Below are positions 12,838 through 23,405 of a stretch of 64,000 nucleotides of DNA, piece after piece. The position numbers and the translations under genes are program-made. This DNA comes from an uncultured bacterium. GTDB taxonomy: Bacteria > Desulfobacterota_D > UBA1144 > Nemesobacterales > UBA2774. The notes beneath the pieces were generated by a model. That model was given only the letters and a program-made list of their open reading frames with translations, made no database searches and was not told the origin of the DNA. How positions within the stretch are numbered: position 1 is the first letter of the stretch; each line of letters starts with the position of its first letter. The stretch lies in contig CAVPJU010000006.1 of NCBI GenBank assembly GCA_963705505.1, positions 256,001 to 320,000 of the forward strand, given 5' to 3'.

Positions 12838-12852
12838 TTGACGGTGCCTAAC

Positions 12853-13992
12853 ATGAGCAAGAAAACTCTCGGAGGAAGAGAGAAAGTAAAGGCCGCGGTC
12901 ATTCAGGCTTCTCCCGTCTTTATGGACAAGGGGAAGACCATCGAAAAGGCGTGCGCTCTCATAAGAGACGCAGGAAGGAACCACGCCGAGCTCATCGCCT
13001 TCTCGGAAGCCTTCATTCCGGGCTATCCCGCATATTACACGGTCGGGTACGAAACGCCTCCCCACGAATGGACGGATTACATGATAGCGCTTCAGGAAAA
13101 TTCGGTCGTCATACCGGGCGAAGACACGAGGATACTGGGAGAAGCGGCCAGGGACGCGGGCGCTTACGTCGTCATAGGGTGTAACGAGCTCGACGACAGA
13201 CCGGGGAGCCAGACCGTCTTCAATACACTCTTATTCATAGACAAGAACGGCGAAGTGATGGGGAGGCACAGGAAAACGATGCCGACCTACACGGAGAGAA
13301 TATACTGGGGCATGGGAGGCGCGGGAGACATAAGGGTGTTCGACACCGATATAGGCCGCATAGGCGGTCTTATATGCTGGGAAAACCACATGCCCCTTAT
13401 AAGGGCCGCGATGATTCACAGAGGGGAGGATTTCCATATAGCTGTATGGCCGGGAAACTGGAAAAGGGGTGAAAACCATCTTTTGGATGCGGATACGAGC
13501 CCCGGGGGCGCGCTCTGCAACCTCCAGTCATTAATAAAGGTGCACGCCTTTGAAGCGGGCGCCTTCGTGCTAAGCGGATGCGGATACCTGGACTCGGACG
13601 ATTTTCCCGAAAAGTGGCACTATATAAGGGACGGAGACCACATCAACTACGACTGGGCGCGAGGCGGAAGCTCGATAGTCAACCCTGCGGGGAGGTATCT
13701 GGCCGAGCCCAATTTCGAAAAGGACGCGATACTTTATGCCGAATGCCACGCAAACCAGATAAAGGCCGTCAAAGCGGTCTTCGATTCGCTCGGACACTAT
13801 TCCCGGTGGGACATTGCGCAGCTCGCATTAAGAGATGCATCGTGGGAGCCCGAGACCGCAATGAATAAGGCGGCAGTATATGGCCCTGACCTCCCGGCAC
13901 ACGAGCTCAGGCGAATATCCGAAGAATACGAGATCAGCGTGGAAAACCTTGAATCGCTCCTGGAAGAGATCGGGAGACTCAAAAAAAATTGA
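12853..13992 (+). CDS. Nitrilase / carbon-nitrogen hydrolase
   Basis: Glu-Lys-Cys triad (FSEAFIPGYP, RHRK, ICWENHMP) and DSLGHYSR. Confidence 0.92.
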   Translation: MSKKTLGGREKVKAAVIQASPVFMDKGKTIEKACALIRDAGRNHAELIAFSEAFIPGYPAYYTVGYETPPHEWTDYMIALQENSVVIPGEDTRILGEAARDAGAYVVIGCNELDDRPGSQTVFNTLLFIDKNGEVMGRHRKTMPTYTERIYWGMGGAGDIRVFDTDIGRIGGLICWENHMPLIRAAMIHRGEDFHIAVWPGNWKRGENHLLDADTSPGGALCNLQSLIKVHAFEAGAFVLSGCGYLDSDDFPEKWHYIRDGDHINYDWARGGSSIVNPAGRYLAEPNFEKDAILYAECHANQIKAVKAVFDSLGHYSRWDIAQLALRDASWEPETAMNKAAVYGPDLPAHELRRISEEYEISVENLESLLEEIGRLKKN

Positions 13993-14065
13993 TCCCTCCA
14001 CCCGACCCCTCGGATATCTAAGAACTAAACCCTCTTATTTAATAGGCGGCGTAAACATAAATCCC

Positions 14066-14094
14066 TTGACACGGATACAAATAAGTTATATAAA
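14066..14094 (+). promoter_or_regulatory. Sigma70-type promoter
   Basis: TTGACA-17 bp-TATAAA upstream of the small ORF at 14145. Confidence 0.6.
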
Positions 14095-14144
14095 CCAATA
14101 GGAAACAAAGGTGTTGGCCCGCAGTGTCTTTAAAGGAGGAACGG

Positions 14145-14378
14145 ATGATGAATTTCAGGGTGGAGTACGGGGAGTACTCGGCTCAGGAAGCAGTGGACGC
14201 CATACTGGTGATCCTCAAGAAAAACGGGATCGAGATAGACGAGAGAAGCTTCACCTGGACACTCGTAGGCGCTCTCTTTGAAAAGGGTATAATACCGAAA
14301 CGCGAGTTCGAGCGCATATACTTTTCACTTAAGAACCACGAAAATAACGGCAGCAAAACAAAAGAGAATATTATATAA
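14145..14378 (+). CDS. Small hypothetical protein
   Basis: AAGGAGGA SD and consensus promoter upstream. Confidence 0.7.
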   Translation: MMNFRVEYGEYSAQEAVDAILVILKKNGIEIDERSFTWTLVGALFEKGIIPKREFERIYFSLKNHENNGSKTKENII

Positions 14379-14387
14379 GACCTTCTT

Positions 14388-15756
14388 TTATTTAGATAGT
14401 TTAGCCATAGCAGAATTCAATTCGCCCTCTATGAGCGACCTTATCTCCCTGAGCTTTTCACCTGTCTGAGCCTCAAATCTTAAAACAAGCGCCGGCTGTG
14501 TATTTGAAGCCCGGATCAGTCCCCATCCGTCGGGAAATTCGATCCTGACGCCGTCTATGTCGATAATCTTGTAAGACTTTCCGAGTTGTTCCTTCACGTT
14601 ATCCACAACCTTGAATTTTATTGCCTCCGGACAATCGACCCTGATCTCCGGCGTCGATATCGCGGGCGGGATGCCCTCGAGCAATTGAGACAGGTTTTTC
14701 CCCGTCTTCGATATTATCTCGAGCAAACGGAGCGATGCATAAAGGGCATCATCATAACCGAAAAATTTGTCGGCAAAAAAGATATGGCCGCTCATCTCCC
14801 CGGCCAGGGAAGCCTTCTCGATCTTCATTTTATCTTTTATGAGGGAATGGCCCGTTTTCCACATTATCGCCTCCCCGCCGGCCTCGCCTATACCGTTGAA
14901 GAGACGGTTAGAGCACTTAACATCGCCTATTATCTTTGCACCCGGCTTACGGGAGAGAACATCTCTGGCAAAAACGAGCACAAGCATATCCCCCCAGATG
15001 ATATTCCCGTTCTCATCGACGACACCCTATCCTGTCCCCGTCCCCGTCAAAGCCTATACCGAGCGGAAGCTCCCCGCTCTTAACGGTCTCGATCAAGTGA
15101 GCCAGATTCTCCACGACCGTCGGGTCCGGGTGGTGGTTCGGAAACGTCCCGTCGGGAGTTACGTATAATTCAGTCACGTCGCATCCCAACTCCCTGAATA
15201 TGCGCGGCCCGATCAAACCGACCATTCCGTTCCCGTAATCGATTCCGGCGCGAATACCGGGTTTCAGCTCTATATTCTCTATAAGGAATTTAACGTAAAG
15301 CTCCTCTATATCCATTTCCCTGACAGAGCCTTTCCCCAGTGCGAATTCCCCGCCTTCCGCGATCTCCCTGATCTTCTGTATCTGAGCCCCGAATACGGAT
15401 TCCTTCCCGCGGCAGAGCTTTATGCCGTTATACTCACCCGGGTTGTGGCTCGCTGTTATCATTACCCCGCCCCCGACGTCGAGGTTATAAAGAGAGAAGT
15501 AGAGCATAGGCGTCGAAACCATACCTATATCTATTACGTCGATGCCGGTAGAGTTGATGCCTCTCGACATAGCCTTCGCGTATTCGGGCGAGCTCAGCCT
15601 GCAGTCCCTCCCGATCGACACGACCTTCGCGCCGTAATCCTTCATATATGTGCCGTATGCCTTTCCTATCCTCTCGAGCACGTCCGCATTGAGATCATCG
15701 TCGACGATCCCCCTTATATCGTACTCTCTGAATATCTGGGGATTTATATAAGCCAT
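14388..15756 (-). CDS. algC: Phosphomannomutase/phosphoglucomutase (AlgC-like), 1-nt frameshift near 15025
   Basis: IFREYDIRG, TASHNP, FDGDGDR, GEMSGH, RASNTQP; removing one G at ataGGGtgtc restores RIGVVDENGNIIWGD. Confidence 0.88.
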
Positions 15757-15938
15757 AAAACTATCCTCCGATCCTTTAAGTAAATTGCGATCAGTAAAAG
15801 TAATAAATAATAACACCTATCCGTTTAATCGGACTCTCCAAGCCTATTTAAAAAATAAAGAGATAGATGATACAACAACGAGTGAGCATTTAAAGGTGCT
15901 GCTTGACTTTAATACTACGGCTTTTATTCTTTTTTGCC

Positions 15939-17414
15939 ATGATTTTCCCCTCTTTAGACGAATTCAGGAAAAAATTGAAAAAGGGCAATCTCATCCCGGT
16001 GTGGAAGGAGGTCCTGGCCGACTTCGATACCCCCGTGTCCGCTTTTAAAAAGATTGAATCGGGGGATTACGCATTCCTCCTCGAAAGCGTGGAAGGGGGA
16101 GAGAAGTGGGGCAGGTACAGCTTCCTGGGGACGGAGCCGTCCGTCATTTTCAGATCCAAAGGTAAGGACATCGAGATAACCGAGGACGGAAAATCGACGA
16201 AGAAAAAGGGTGACCCGATAGACTGCCTGAGGGACCTCATGTCCAGGTACAAACCGGTGCCCGCAGAGGAGCTTCCGAGGTTCCACGGGGGGGCGGTGGG
16301 CTATTTCAGCTACGATATTGTGAGGTTCGTCGAGGATCTGCCTGACCTGAACGAAGACGAGCTCAAGCTCTGGGACTCGCTATTCATGATCACGGACTCC
16401 GTGCTCGTTTTCGACAATGTAAATCACAAGATCAAAATCATCTACAACGCGTATGTTTCTCACCCGGAGAAGGCCGAGGACGCCTACAACGGAGCGGTTG
16501 AAAAGATAGAAGAGATAATAAAGAGGCTCAGGAAACCGCTGACCGCTTATAATAATAAGAAAAAGGGACAGAGCGGCGAGCCCGTGCTCAAATCGAATTT
16601 CAAGCCCGAGGACTTCAGGGAAGCCGTAAGGAAAACAAAGGAATACATCACAGCAGGCGACATTATTCAGGCTGTAATATCCCAGAGATGGAAAACCGGG
16701 CTCAGCGTAGACCCCTTTGATCTCTACAGGGCGCTCAGGGTGCTCAACCCCTCGCCCTATATGTTTTATCTGAAGACGGATACAGAAACACTCGTCGGCT
16801 CATCCCCCGAGGTCATGGTGAGGGTGGAGGAAGGAGAAGTCGAAAGCCGCCCGATTGCGGGGACGAGGCCCAGGGGAAAGACAGAAGCCGAAGACCTCGA
16901 GCTCGAGAAAGAGCTCCTTTCAGACCCCAAAGAGCGCGCCGAGCATATAATGCTCGTGGACCTGGCGAGAAACGACCTCGGCAGGATATCGGAGACAGGG
17001 ACGGTCAAGGTCGACGAGCTCATGGTAATAGAGAAGTACTCACATGTCATGCACATAGTGTCGAATGTAATTTCTAAGCTCAGGCCGGATAAGGACGCTT
17101 TCGATGTGCTCAAGGCGACTTTTCCGGCGGGCACCCTCTCGGGCGCGCCCAAGGTGAGGGCCATGGAGATAATAGAGGAAATGGAGCCGAGCAGAAGGGG
17201 AGCATACGGCGGCGCCGTCGGTTATTTCAGTTTTTCGGGCAACATGGACACGTGTATCACAATCAGGACATTCGTGATCAAAGGCGGTGAAATCTTTATA
17301 CAGGCAGGGGCGGGTATAGTCGCCGACTCCGACCCCGAAAGGGAATATCAGGAGACCGTGAACAAGGTCAAGGCGCTCGTCAAAGCGGTCGAGGTCGCAA
17401 AGGACGGACTTTAG
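15939..17414 (+). CDS. trpE: Anthranilate synthase component I
   Basis: FLLESVEGGEKWGRYSF, NPSPYM, KERAEHIMLVDLARND, GTLSGAPKVRAM. Confidence 0.96.
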   Translation: MIFPSLDEFRKKLKKGNLIPVWKEVLADFDTPVSAFKKIESGDYAFLLESVEGGEKWGRYSFLGTEPSVIFRSKGKDIEITEDGKSTKKKGDPIDCLRDLMSRYKPVPAEELPRFHGGAVGYFSYDIVRFVEDLPDLNEDELKLWDSLFMITDSVLVFDNVNHKIKIIYNAYVSHPEKAEDAYNGAVEKIEEIIKRLRKPLTAYNNKKKGQSGEPVLKSNFKPEDFREAVRKTKEYITAGDIIQAVISQRWKTGLSVDPFDLYRALRVLNPSPYMFYLKTDTETLVGSSPEVMVRVEEGEVESRPIAGTRPRGKTEAEDLELEKELLSDPKERAEHIMLVDLARNDLGRISETGTVKVDELMVIEKYSHVMHIVSNVISKLRPDKDAFDVLKATFPAGTLSGAPKVRAMEIIEEMEPSRRGAYGGAVGYFSFSGNMDTCITIRTFVIKGGEIFIQAGAGIVADSDPEREYQETVNKVKALVKAVEVAKDGL

Positions 17415-17432
17415 GCGATACGGGATGAAAAT

Positions 17433-18017
17433 ATGATTTTGATGATCGATAATTACGATTCGTTTACTTATAACCTCGTCCATTACCTCGCGGAGCTGGG
17501 CGAGGAAGTAGTCGTGCACCGTAACGACAAAATAAGCCTCGAGGAGGTGGGGAAGCTCAATCCGGACATGATAGTCGTATCCCCCGGCCCGTGCACTCCT
17601 AAAGAAGCCGGTATCTCGGTCGACGTTATAAAGGAATTCGCCGGACGCACCCCGATCCTCGGTGTCTGCCTCGGTCATCAGTCGATGGCCTACGCCTACG
17701 GCGCCGATATAGTGAGAGCCGGGAGGCTCCTTCACGGAAAAACCTCACAGATCCACCACGACGGAAAGGGGATATTCAAAGGAATCCCGGACCCGTTCGA
17801 AGCCACGAGGTACCATTCCCTCCTCGTCGATAAAGAGACCCTCCCCGACTGTTTTGAAATATCCGCATGGACGGACGAGGGAGAAATCATGGGGATAAGA
17901 CACAAGGAACATCTGATGGAAGGGGTGCAATTCCACCCGGAATCCATTCTGACGAAATACGGGAAGGACATTCTCAGGAACTTTATCTCGATCGCCAGCG
18001 GAACGAAGCGTGAATGA
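17433..18017 (+). CDS. trpG: Anthranilate synthase component II / glutamine amidotransferase
   Basis: [35 protein letters not shown]; follows trpE. Confidence 0.93.
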   Translation: MILMIDNYDSFTYNLVHYLAELGEEVVVHRNDKISLEEVGKLNPDMIVVSPGPCTPKEAGISVDVIKEFAGRTPILGVCLGHQSMAYAYGADIVRAGRLLHGKTSQIHHDGKGIFKGIPDPFEATRYHSLLVDKETLPDCFEISAWTDEGEIMGIRHKEHLMEGVQFHPESILTKYGKDILRNFISIASGTKRE

Positions 18018-18080
18018 AATATCGGGTTTTGTTGATGCCCTTGCCGATACCCTCCCTCGTGTTATGACCCGTTTTTCATG

Positions 18081-18110
18081 TTGACAAATTAAGAATATTT
18101 CTTTTATATT
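18081..18110 (+). promoter_or_regulatory. Sigma70-type promoter of the first CoA ligase, with a palindrome in the spacer
   Basis: TTGACA-18 bp-TATATT; AAGAA-tat-TTCTT inverted repeat in the spacer. Confidence 0.5.
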
Positions 18111-18140
18111 GCTAAAGCGTTTTTATAAAGCGGGGGGCTC

Positions 18141-19865
18141 ATGCTTTTATTATTCAAGCCGCATGAAAAAAAATACATCGGAAAAGGGATCCTTCCTTTC
18201 GGAAGCTTTGACGACACGTCGGAGTGGAAGCCGATTACAAAATACCTTGAGGCGGGCGCAGAGATGTTTCCCGAAAAAACAATGTTCAGGGTGGCGGACA
18301 GGGACGGGAACCTCAACGAAAGCTTCACTTACGAAGAGACCAATAAATGGGCAAACCGCGTCGCAAACGGCCTGATTAAGAAATACAAAATAAAGAAAGG
18401 GGACAGGATCGGCATATATATGCTGAATTCCTCGGAGTACATAATCTCGATACTCGCGATTCACAAGACGGGCGCGGTACAGGTCCCCATCAATAAGGAC
18501 GAAAAAGGGGACAGACTCGCATACATAATCAATTACTCCGAAATGAAGGCTTTGATTATCGATGAGGAAAGCATTCCGATGGTCGGGCAGATAGCGAATG
18601 ACTTAAAATTACTCAAGCATATCTTCGTCGCGGGCAAGGACGGCGACATCCCAGGCAAAATCGGGAAGATCAAGGTTCTACCTTACGGCAGCTTCGACGA
18701 ATTCCCCCCGGACAATCCCGGCATAGACGTCAAAGTTTCAGATGTCGAGCGCTGTATGTTCACCTCGGGCACGACGGGTATGCCGAAAGGGGTATCGAGG
18801 AACCACGGCGGCGTAATACTGACTGTGCGCGGATACATTCAGCAACAAGGGGTGAGAAGTGAAGACGTCCTCATGAGCGTATTGACGCTCGGGCACGCGA
18901 ACGCACAGGTAATGTGCCTTTTCACTTCAATAGGTGCCGGAGCGACCGCGGTATTCTACCCGCGGTTTTCAGCGTCGAGCTTCTGGAAGTGGGCCGCGGA
19001 ATGCGGAGCCACGTGCGTAAACATGCTCGGGGCTGTAGCGGAGTACCTGTGGGCGGCCGAGCCGAGCGAGTGGGACAGCAAGCACAATGTCAGGATCGTG
19101 CTCTCGGGACCGTCCCCCCGAAACCTGAAGGAATTTCAGGAGCGCTTCAATACCCGTGCTATCGACGGGTATGGGTCCACGGAGATGGGGATGGTGTTAT
19201 GGAACGATCCCGAAGACATGCGGCCCGGCTCATCGGGAAGTCCTATGGAGGGTTACTATGTGGAGCTGAGGGACCCCCAGGACACGACAAAAGTTATGCG
19301 CCCATTCTGGGATCCGACAGAAAGCCCCAGGCCGCCCGACGAAGTAAAGGGCCTTCTCTTTATAAAACCGCTTATACCGCACACCACGCTTAACGAATAT
19401 TTCAAGGACGAAAGACGCACCAGGGAGGCGTTCGACGACGACGGTTTCTTTAATTCTGACGACCTCTTCGCGAGGGGAATCGACGGCAGATACTATTTTC
19501 AGGGGAGGTTCAGCAGGATACGGGTATCGGGAGAGAACGTAGACCCCATTGCGGTGCAGGACCTAGCCGCTCAATATCCGGCGATACAGGAGGCGATTGC
19601 TGTCGGAGTCAGGCTCCCCGACGTTTCAGACGATGAAATAAAGCTGAATATAACATTAAAAAAAGGAGAAGTGTTCGACCCCGAGGAGTTCTCAAAGTGG
19701 ATGGCCGGTATAGCGCCCGTGTTCATGGTCCCTAGGTTTATAGAGGTATACGAAGGCGGGTTCCCCGTTACCACAACACAGAAAATCAGGCTTGCCGAAA
19801 TTAAAGAGATAACCGATAAGACCTGGGACAGGAACAAGACCGGGCTCAAATTCCGCGCCCGCTGA
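18141..19865 (+). CDS. AMP-binding acyl-CoA ligase (CaiC-like), copy 1
   Basis: FTSGTTGMPKG P-loop, GYGSTE, SGENV, PVTTTQK. Confidence 0.88.
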   Translation: MLLLFKPHEKKYIGKGILPFGSFDDTSEWKPITKYLEAGAEMFPEKTMFRVADRDGNLNESFTYEETNKWANRVANGLIKKYKIKKGDRIGIYMLNSSEYIISILAIHKTGAVQVPINKDEKGDRLAYIINYSEMKALIIDEESIPMVGQIANDLKLLKHIFVAGKDGDIPGKIGKIKVLPYGSFDEFPPDNPGIDVKVSDVERCMFTSGTTGMPKGVSRNHGGVILTVRGYIQQQGVRSEDVLMSVLTLGHANAQVMCLFTSIGAGATAVFYPRFSASSFWKWAAECGATCVNMLGAVAEYLWAAEPSEWDSKHNVRIVLSGPSPRNLKEFQERFNTRAIDGYGSTEMGMVLWNDPEDMRPGSSGSPMEGYYVELRDPQDTTKVMRPFWDPTESPRPPDEVKGLLFIKPLIPHTTLNEYFKDERRTREAFDDDGFFNSDDLFARGIDGRYYFQGRFSRIRVSGENVDPIAVQDLAAQYPAIQEAIAVGVRLPDVSDDEIKLNITLKKGEVFDPEEFSKWMAGIAPVFMVPRFIEVYEGGFPVTTTQKIRLAEIKEITDKTWDRNKTGLKFRAR

Positions 19866-20023
19866 CCGGGGAACCGACACTTTATACCGTGCGGCGGGTC
19901 GAACGATGAGCGTGATTAAAGAAAAAAATAGTATCCTCCCTTTCAGCATTTTTTCCAAGTTTTATAATCATTTAGTTGATTCACTAAATTTATCGGGTGG
20001 AAAATCCGGCACGAATTATCAGG

Positions 20024-20052
20024 TTGACAAATTTATCCTATTTTTTTATTGT
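20024..20052 (+). promoter_or_regulatory. Sigma70-type promoter of the second CoA ligase
   Basis: TTGACA-17 bp-TATTGT; shares GTTGACAAATT with the copy-1 promoter. Confidence 0.45.
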
Positions 20053-20112
20053 AATAGAATTAAGTTTCTGAAACTGTTGGAAATCGATTGAGCCACCACA
20101 AGGAGGGTTGTT

Positions 20113-21840
20113 ATGCTTTTATTGTTTAAACCCCGTGACACAAAATATCTCGGTAGCGGGACGCTCCCGTTCGGTACATTCGATGATACATCGGAATGGA
20201 AACCCATTACAAAATGCCTGGAGATGGGAGCCGAAAAATTCCCGGACAAGACCATGTTTCGAGTAGGGAACAGTGAAGGAGAGGTAGCAGAGGGTTATAC
20301 ATACAAGGAAACGAATGAATGGGCCAACCGGGTTGCAAACGGTCTGAAAGACGAATTCGGAGTCAAGAAGGGCGATAAAGTCGGAATGTACATGATCAAC
20401 TGCTCCGAATACGTCGCCTCTATTATCGCCATTCACAAGACGGGAGCCGTACAGGTTCCGATAAATAAGGACGAGAAAGGAGAGAGGCTCGCTTATGTAA
20501 TCAATTATTCCGAGATGGTCGTGCTCATTGTCGATCCCGGGAGTCTGCCCTTCATCGAGGAAATCGCTAAGGATTTAAAGAACCTCCGTATTATATTCAT
20601 GACCGGAGACGCGGCGAAAGTTCCGGCTGAGATAGGAGGCATAAAGACGCTACCCTTTTCTATCTTCGATAAATTCCCCGTTAAAAACCCCGGGGTGAAG
20701 GTAACGACCCACGATATGGAAAGATGCATGTTCACTTCGGGCACGACGGGGATGCCGAAAGGCGTCGCGAGGGATCACGGCGGAGTCGTATTGACAGTCC
20801 GCGCATATCTCCAGCAGCAGGGCGTGAGGAGCGACGACGTTCTCATGAGCGTACTTTCGCTCGGTCACGCGAACGCGCAGGTCATGTGTCTGTTCAGCGC
20901 CATGGGCGCAGGCGCCACAGCCGTGTTCTTCCCCCGCTTCTCCGCGTCGAGCTTCTGGAAATGGGCCGCCAGGTGCGGCGCTAACTGCGTTAACATGCTC
21001 GGAGCCGTCGCCGAATATCTATGGGCGGCCGAGCCCGGCGAATGGGACAGGAAGCACAAAGTAAGGATCATGTTAGGCTCCCCGGCCCCACGGAACCTTC
21101 AGGAATTTCAGGAGAGGTTCGGAGTAAGGGTAATCGACGGATACGGCTCGACGGAGATGGGTATGGTGCTCTGGAAAGACCCTGAGGACCACCGTCCCGG
21201 CTCATCCGGTTTCTCCATGGAAGGATATTACGTCGAGCTCAGGGATCCGCAGGATCAGAGCAAGGTGATGAGACCCTTCTGGGACCCGTACGAAGACCCG
21301 ACCCCGCCGGATGAAGCAAAGGGACTGCTTTATATTAAGCCGCTCGTTCCGCACACCACGCTAAACGAATACTTCAAGGACGAAAGGAGGACTAGGGAAG
21401 CGTTCGACGACGACGGTTTCTTTAATTCGGATGATTTATTTGCGAGGGGGATAGACGGAAGGTACTACTTCGTAGGAAGATTCAGCAGGATAAGGGTCTC
21501 GGGAGAAAACGTCGACCCGATAGCAGTTCAGGATTTCGCAATGCAGTACCCTGTCATACAGGAAGCGGTGGCGGTAGGCATAAGACTGCCCAACGTCTCG
21601 GATGACGAGATTAAGCTCAATATCACACTCAGGCAGGGGGCGAAGTTCGACCCGGTAGAGTTCAGCAAGTGGATGGCGGAAAAGGTTATGGTCGCCATGG
21701 TGCCGAGGTTTATCGAAGTGTATGAGGACGGATTCCCCGTTACGGCTACACAGAAAATCAAAGTTGCGGAGATAAAGGAAATAACGGATAAGACCTGGGA
21801 CAGAAATAAAACGGGACTTAAATTCAGCGCGAGGAAATAA
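20113..21840 (+). CDS. AMP-binding acyl-CoA ligase (CaiC-like), copy 2, tandem paralogue
   Basis: Same motifs as copy 1 and long identical stretches (e.g. PHTTLNEYFKDERRTREAFDDDGFFNSDDLFARGIDGRYYF). Confidence 0.88.
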   Translation: MLLLFKPRDTKYLGSGTLPFGTFDDTSEWKPITKCLEMGAEKFPDKTMFRVGNSEGEVAEGYTYKETNEWANRVANGLKDEFGVKKGDKVGMYMINCSEYVASIIAIHKTGAVQVPINKDEKGERLAYVINYSEMVVLIVDPGSLPFIEEIAKDLKNLRIIFMTGDAAKVPAEIGGIKTLPFSIFDKFPVKNPGVKVTTHDMERCMFTSGTTGMPKGVARDHGGVVLTVRAYLQQQGVRSDDVLMSVLSLGHANAQVMCLFSAMGAGATAVFFPRFSASSFWKWAARCGANCVNMLGAVAEYLWAAEPGEWDRKHKVRIMLGSPAPRNLQEFQERFGVRVIDGYGSTEMGMVLWKDPEDHRPGSSGFSMEGYYVELRDPQDQSKVMRPFWDPYEDPTPPDEAKGLLYIKPLVPHTTLNEYFKDERRTREAFDDDGFFNSDDLFARGIDGRYYFVGRFSRIRVSGENVDPIAVQDFAMQYPVIQEAVAVGIRLPNVSDDEIKLNITLRQGAKFDPVEFSKWMAEKVMVAMVPRFIEVYEDGFPVTATQKIKVAEIKEITDKTWDRNKTGLKFSARK

Positions 21841-21877
21841 GCGCGATTAATATTCAAATATTCCGCATCGCCTTTTA

Positions 21878-22339
21878 ATGACATACACCGACGATGAGAA
21901 ATTCATGCGCCTGGCTATTGAACAAGCCCATATAGCCGGGCGTATGGGCGAAGTGCCCATCGGGGCTGTCATAACCGATAAATCCGGCGGGATCATCTCT
22001 ACCGGATATAACCTCCGTGAAGCCGCAAACGACCCCACGGCTCACGCCGAAATAATAGCCATAAAAAAAGCAGGTGAAGCACTCGGAAGCTGGAGGCTCG
22101 AGGGTACTACCATATTCGTTACTGTAGAGCCCTGCCTGATGTGCGTGGGCGCTATTATACTCGCCAGGATAAGCCGTCTCGTATTCGGCGCGCGGGACCC
22201 GAAAGCCGGGGCCGTGGTTTCGGTTTATACTATTGGGAACGACTGCAGGCTAAACCATAAGTTCGAGGTTAGCGAAGGCATTTATATGGACGAGTGTTCA
22301 AATCTGATAAAAGATTTCTTCAAAACTCTCAGGAAATAA
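21878..22339 (+). CDS. tadA: tRNA adenosine(34) deaminase
   Basis: EVPIGAV, DPTAHAE, EPCLMC, FGARDPKAG. Confidence 0.92.
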   Translation: MTYTDDEKFMRLAIEQAHIAGRMGEVPIGAVITDKSGGIISTGYNLREAANDPTAHAEIIAIKKAGEALGSWRLEGTTIFVTVEPCLMCVGAIILARISRLVFGARDPKAGAVVSVYTIGNDCRLNHKFEVSEGIYMDECSNLIKDFFKTLRK

Positions 22340-22350
22340 TAGAACCCATC

Positions 22351-22668
22351 TTACTTCTTCCCGCTGAAAAAGCCGAGCACATCGGATATAACGCTCTTGT
22401 CTTCCGTCCCCGCAAGCTTTTCGAGCTCCCCGTTATCGAGCCAGACACCGCCGCAGGTGCTGCACCTGTCGATCCTTATCCCCCTGAATACCACTTCATT
22501 GAGATTCCCGCCGCATTTGGGACACTTCATATAACAGAAAGTCTTTACTCTTTCCCTTTCCTCTACCTCGGTCTCATGCTTGACCTTCTCTTTCAATCTC
22601 TTCGATTTCTCAGCTTCCTCTTTGGCAAAATACTCATCTTCTGTTTTTGAAGGCTTTTCTTTTGTCAT
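22351..22668 (-). CDS. zf-TFIIB zinc-ribbon domain protein
   Basis: CPKC...IDRCSTCGGVWLDNGELEKL. Confidence 0.85.
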   Translation of the reverse strand: MTKEKPSKTEDEYFAKEEAEKSKRLKEKVKHETEVEERERVKTFCYMKCPKCGGNLNEVVFRGIRIDRCSTCGGVWLDNGELEKLAGTEDKSVISDVLGFFSGKK

Positions 22669-22755
22669 TTCATTCTCCTCTCGATACGGTTTGGATTACA
22701 AGACGGAAATATAAATCATAGGATAAAGACTCCTTGACCGGGACTGAAGACTCGA

Positions 22756-23403
22756 TTAACCCTTAGTCAAAGGGGTTATTATAATCCTCTTTTCCTCCTG
22801 CTCAACCTTCGTCTCATAACTCACTCCCGGTTCCCGTTTGAGAGTGATGTAAGCGATCCTCCTCTCGGAAGCCGACATCGGCTCGAGCGATACCGGTTTT
22901 TTCATCTTCCTCACTCTCTTAGCCGTTTCCCTGACAAGCTTGGAGATGTTGTCCTCTCTCCGTCCCTTATACCCGTCGACGTCTATGGCGACCCTTTTAT
23001 CCCTGCCGTCATTGCACGTCCGTCCGGCGATTTTGCCGACCACGTACTCGAGCGCCTTTATCATTTCTCCCTTCTTGCCTATAAGGAGCCCTTTGTCGTT
23101 CGTATCCCTTATATCGAGCTTTATTTTTTCGGGGCTCTCTTTTAAGGCGACGGAATAAGTGGGGACTAAATAATTAAGAATTACTTCGAGGGCTTTCTTC
23201 GACCTGAGTCCCTTCTCGCTCAGATTTTCATTTTTGACCGTGATCCTTATCCTGGCATTCCTGCTGCCTATACCAAAAACACCCTTTGAACCCTCACCCA
23301 GTACCTCGATATCGACTTCGCTCCTCGGAATCCCGAGCTCCTCGCATGCGCTTATCGCGGCTTCCGATACCGTTTTCCCTTCCCGTTCAATTACAATTCC
23401 CAT
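22756..23403 (-). CDS. jag: Jag/KhpB RNA-binding protein
   Basis: Jag_N (EGKTVSEA, GVFGIG), KH (LLIGKKG) and R3H-like C-terminal domain; follows yidC. Confidence 0.9.
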   Translation of the reverse strand: MGIVIEREGKTVSEAAISACEELGIPRSEVDIEVLGEGSKGVFGIGSRNARIRITVKNENLSEKGLRSKKALEVILNYLVPTYSVALKESPEKIKLDIRDTNDKGLLIGKKGEMIKALEYVVGKIAGRTCNDGRDKRVAIDVDGYKGRREDNISKLVRETAKRVRKMKKPVSLEPMSASERRIAYITLKREPGVSYETKVEQEEKRIIITPLTKG

Positions 23404-23405
23404 GA

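Noticed and set aside
15757..15938. trp attenuator leader peptide
   Set aside because: No short Trp-codon ORF or terminator found
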